Shown here: in pieces, positions 63,924 through 64,000 of the stretch
Numbering within the stretch: position 1 is the first letter of the stretch
Layout of the letters: each line of letters begins with the position of its first letter
Origin: a virus
Taxonomy: Duplodnaviria > Caudoviricetes
Virus record (IMG/VR): IMGVR_UViG_3300037247_001786
Coordinates: 320,001 to 384,000 of that record
Direction: 5' to 3' (one strand)
DNA: 64,000 bases
Made by a program: the position numbers and the translations under genes
The notes under the pieces: generated by a model
Seen by the model: the letters and a program-made list of their open reading frames with translations, nothing else
Database searches by the model: none
Told to the model about the DNA's origin: nothing

Positions 63924-64000
63924 ATAATAGGTTATAATAGTTTTTTAGTTTCAACACGGGAAGCAGGGAAGGTATATCTTTCCCTGTTTCTTTCTTTTGC

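Noticed and set aside
1-64000. Stop-codon reassignment (TAG or TGA), common in some huge phages
   Set aside because: Known-family genes are intact in code 11, TAG and TGA end genes normally, and no CTA/TCA suppressor tRNA was found

Overview
AT-rich fragment of what is most likely a large (jumbo/huge) tailed-phage genome read in the standard genetic code. After a truncated minus-strand gene at the left edge, essentially all genes lie on the + strand as a dense run of small accessory ORFs punctuated by a conserved sigma70-like promoter (TTGAAAGTGATTT-N~10-TATAAT). Recognisable products: AAA+ ATPase, ankyrin-repeat protein, T4 Rnl1-like RNA ligase, two metallophosphoesterases, an HD (RelA/SpoT-hydrolase-like) protein, PspA/IM30, a complete GluR0-type ligand-gated K+ channel, four radical SAM enzymes (two with SPASM-type Cys clusters, in tandem), five HNH endonucleases, a PEP-CTERM protein, a prepilin-type protein, a RadA/Sms-like ATPase and a cold-shock protein. 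A probable replication origin lies at ~48.2-48.5 kb (92-bp periodic, alternating-orientation TGCCAGAGTG boxes at a strand-composition switch seen by eye). From ~52 to 63.7 kb there is an array of about 30 near-canonical tRNA genes interleaved with many non-canonical tRNA-like genes (anticodon-loop insertions, D-arm loss, D-loop expansion, class-switched variable arms) and other structured non-coding elements; one more insertion-bearing tRNA sits at 23.4 kb. No CRISPR array, integrase, or major structural or replication operon was seen. All calls come from reading motifs by eye; no searches or folding programs were run.
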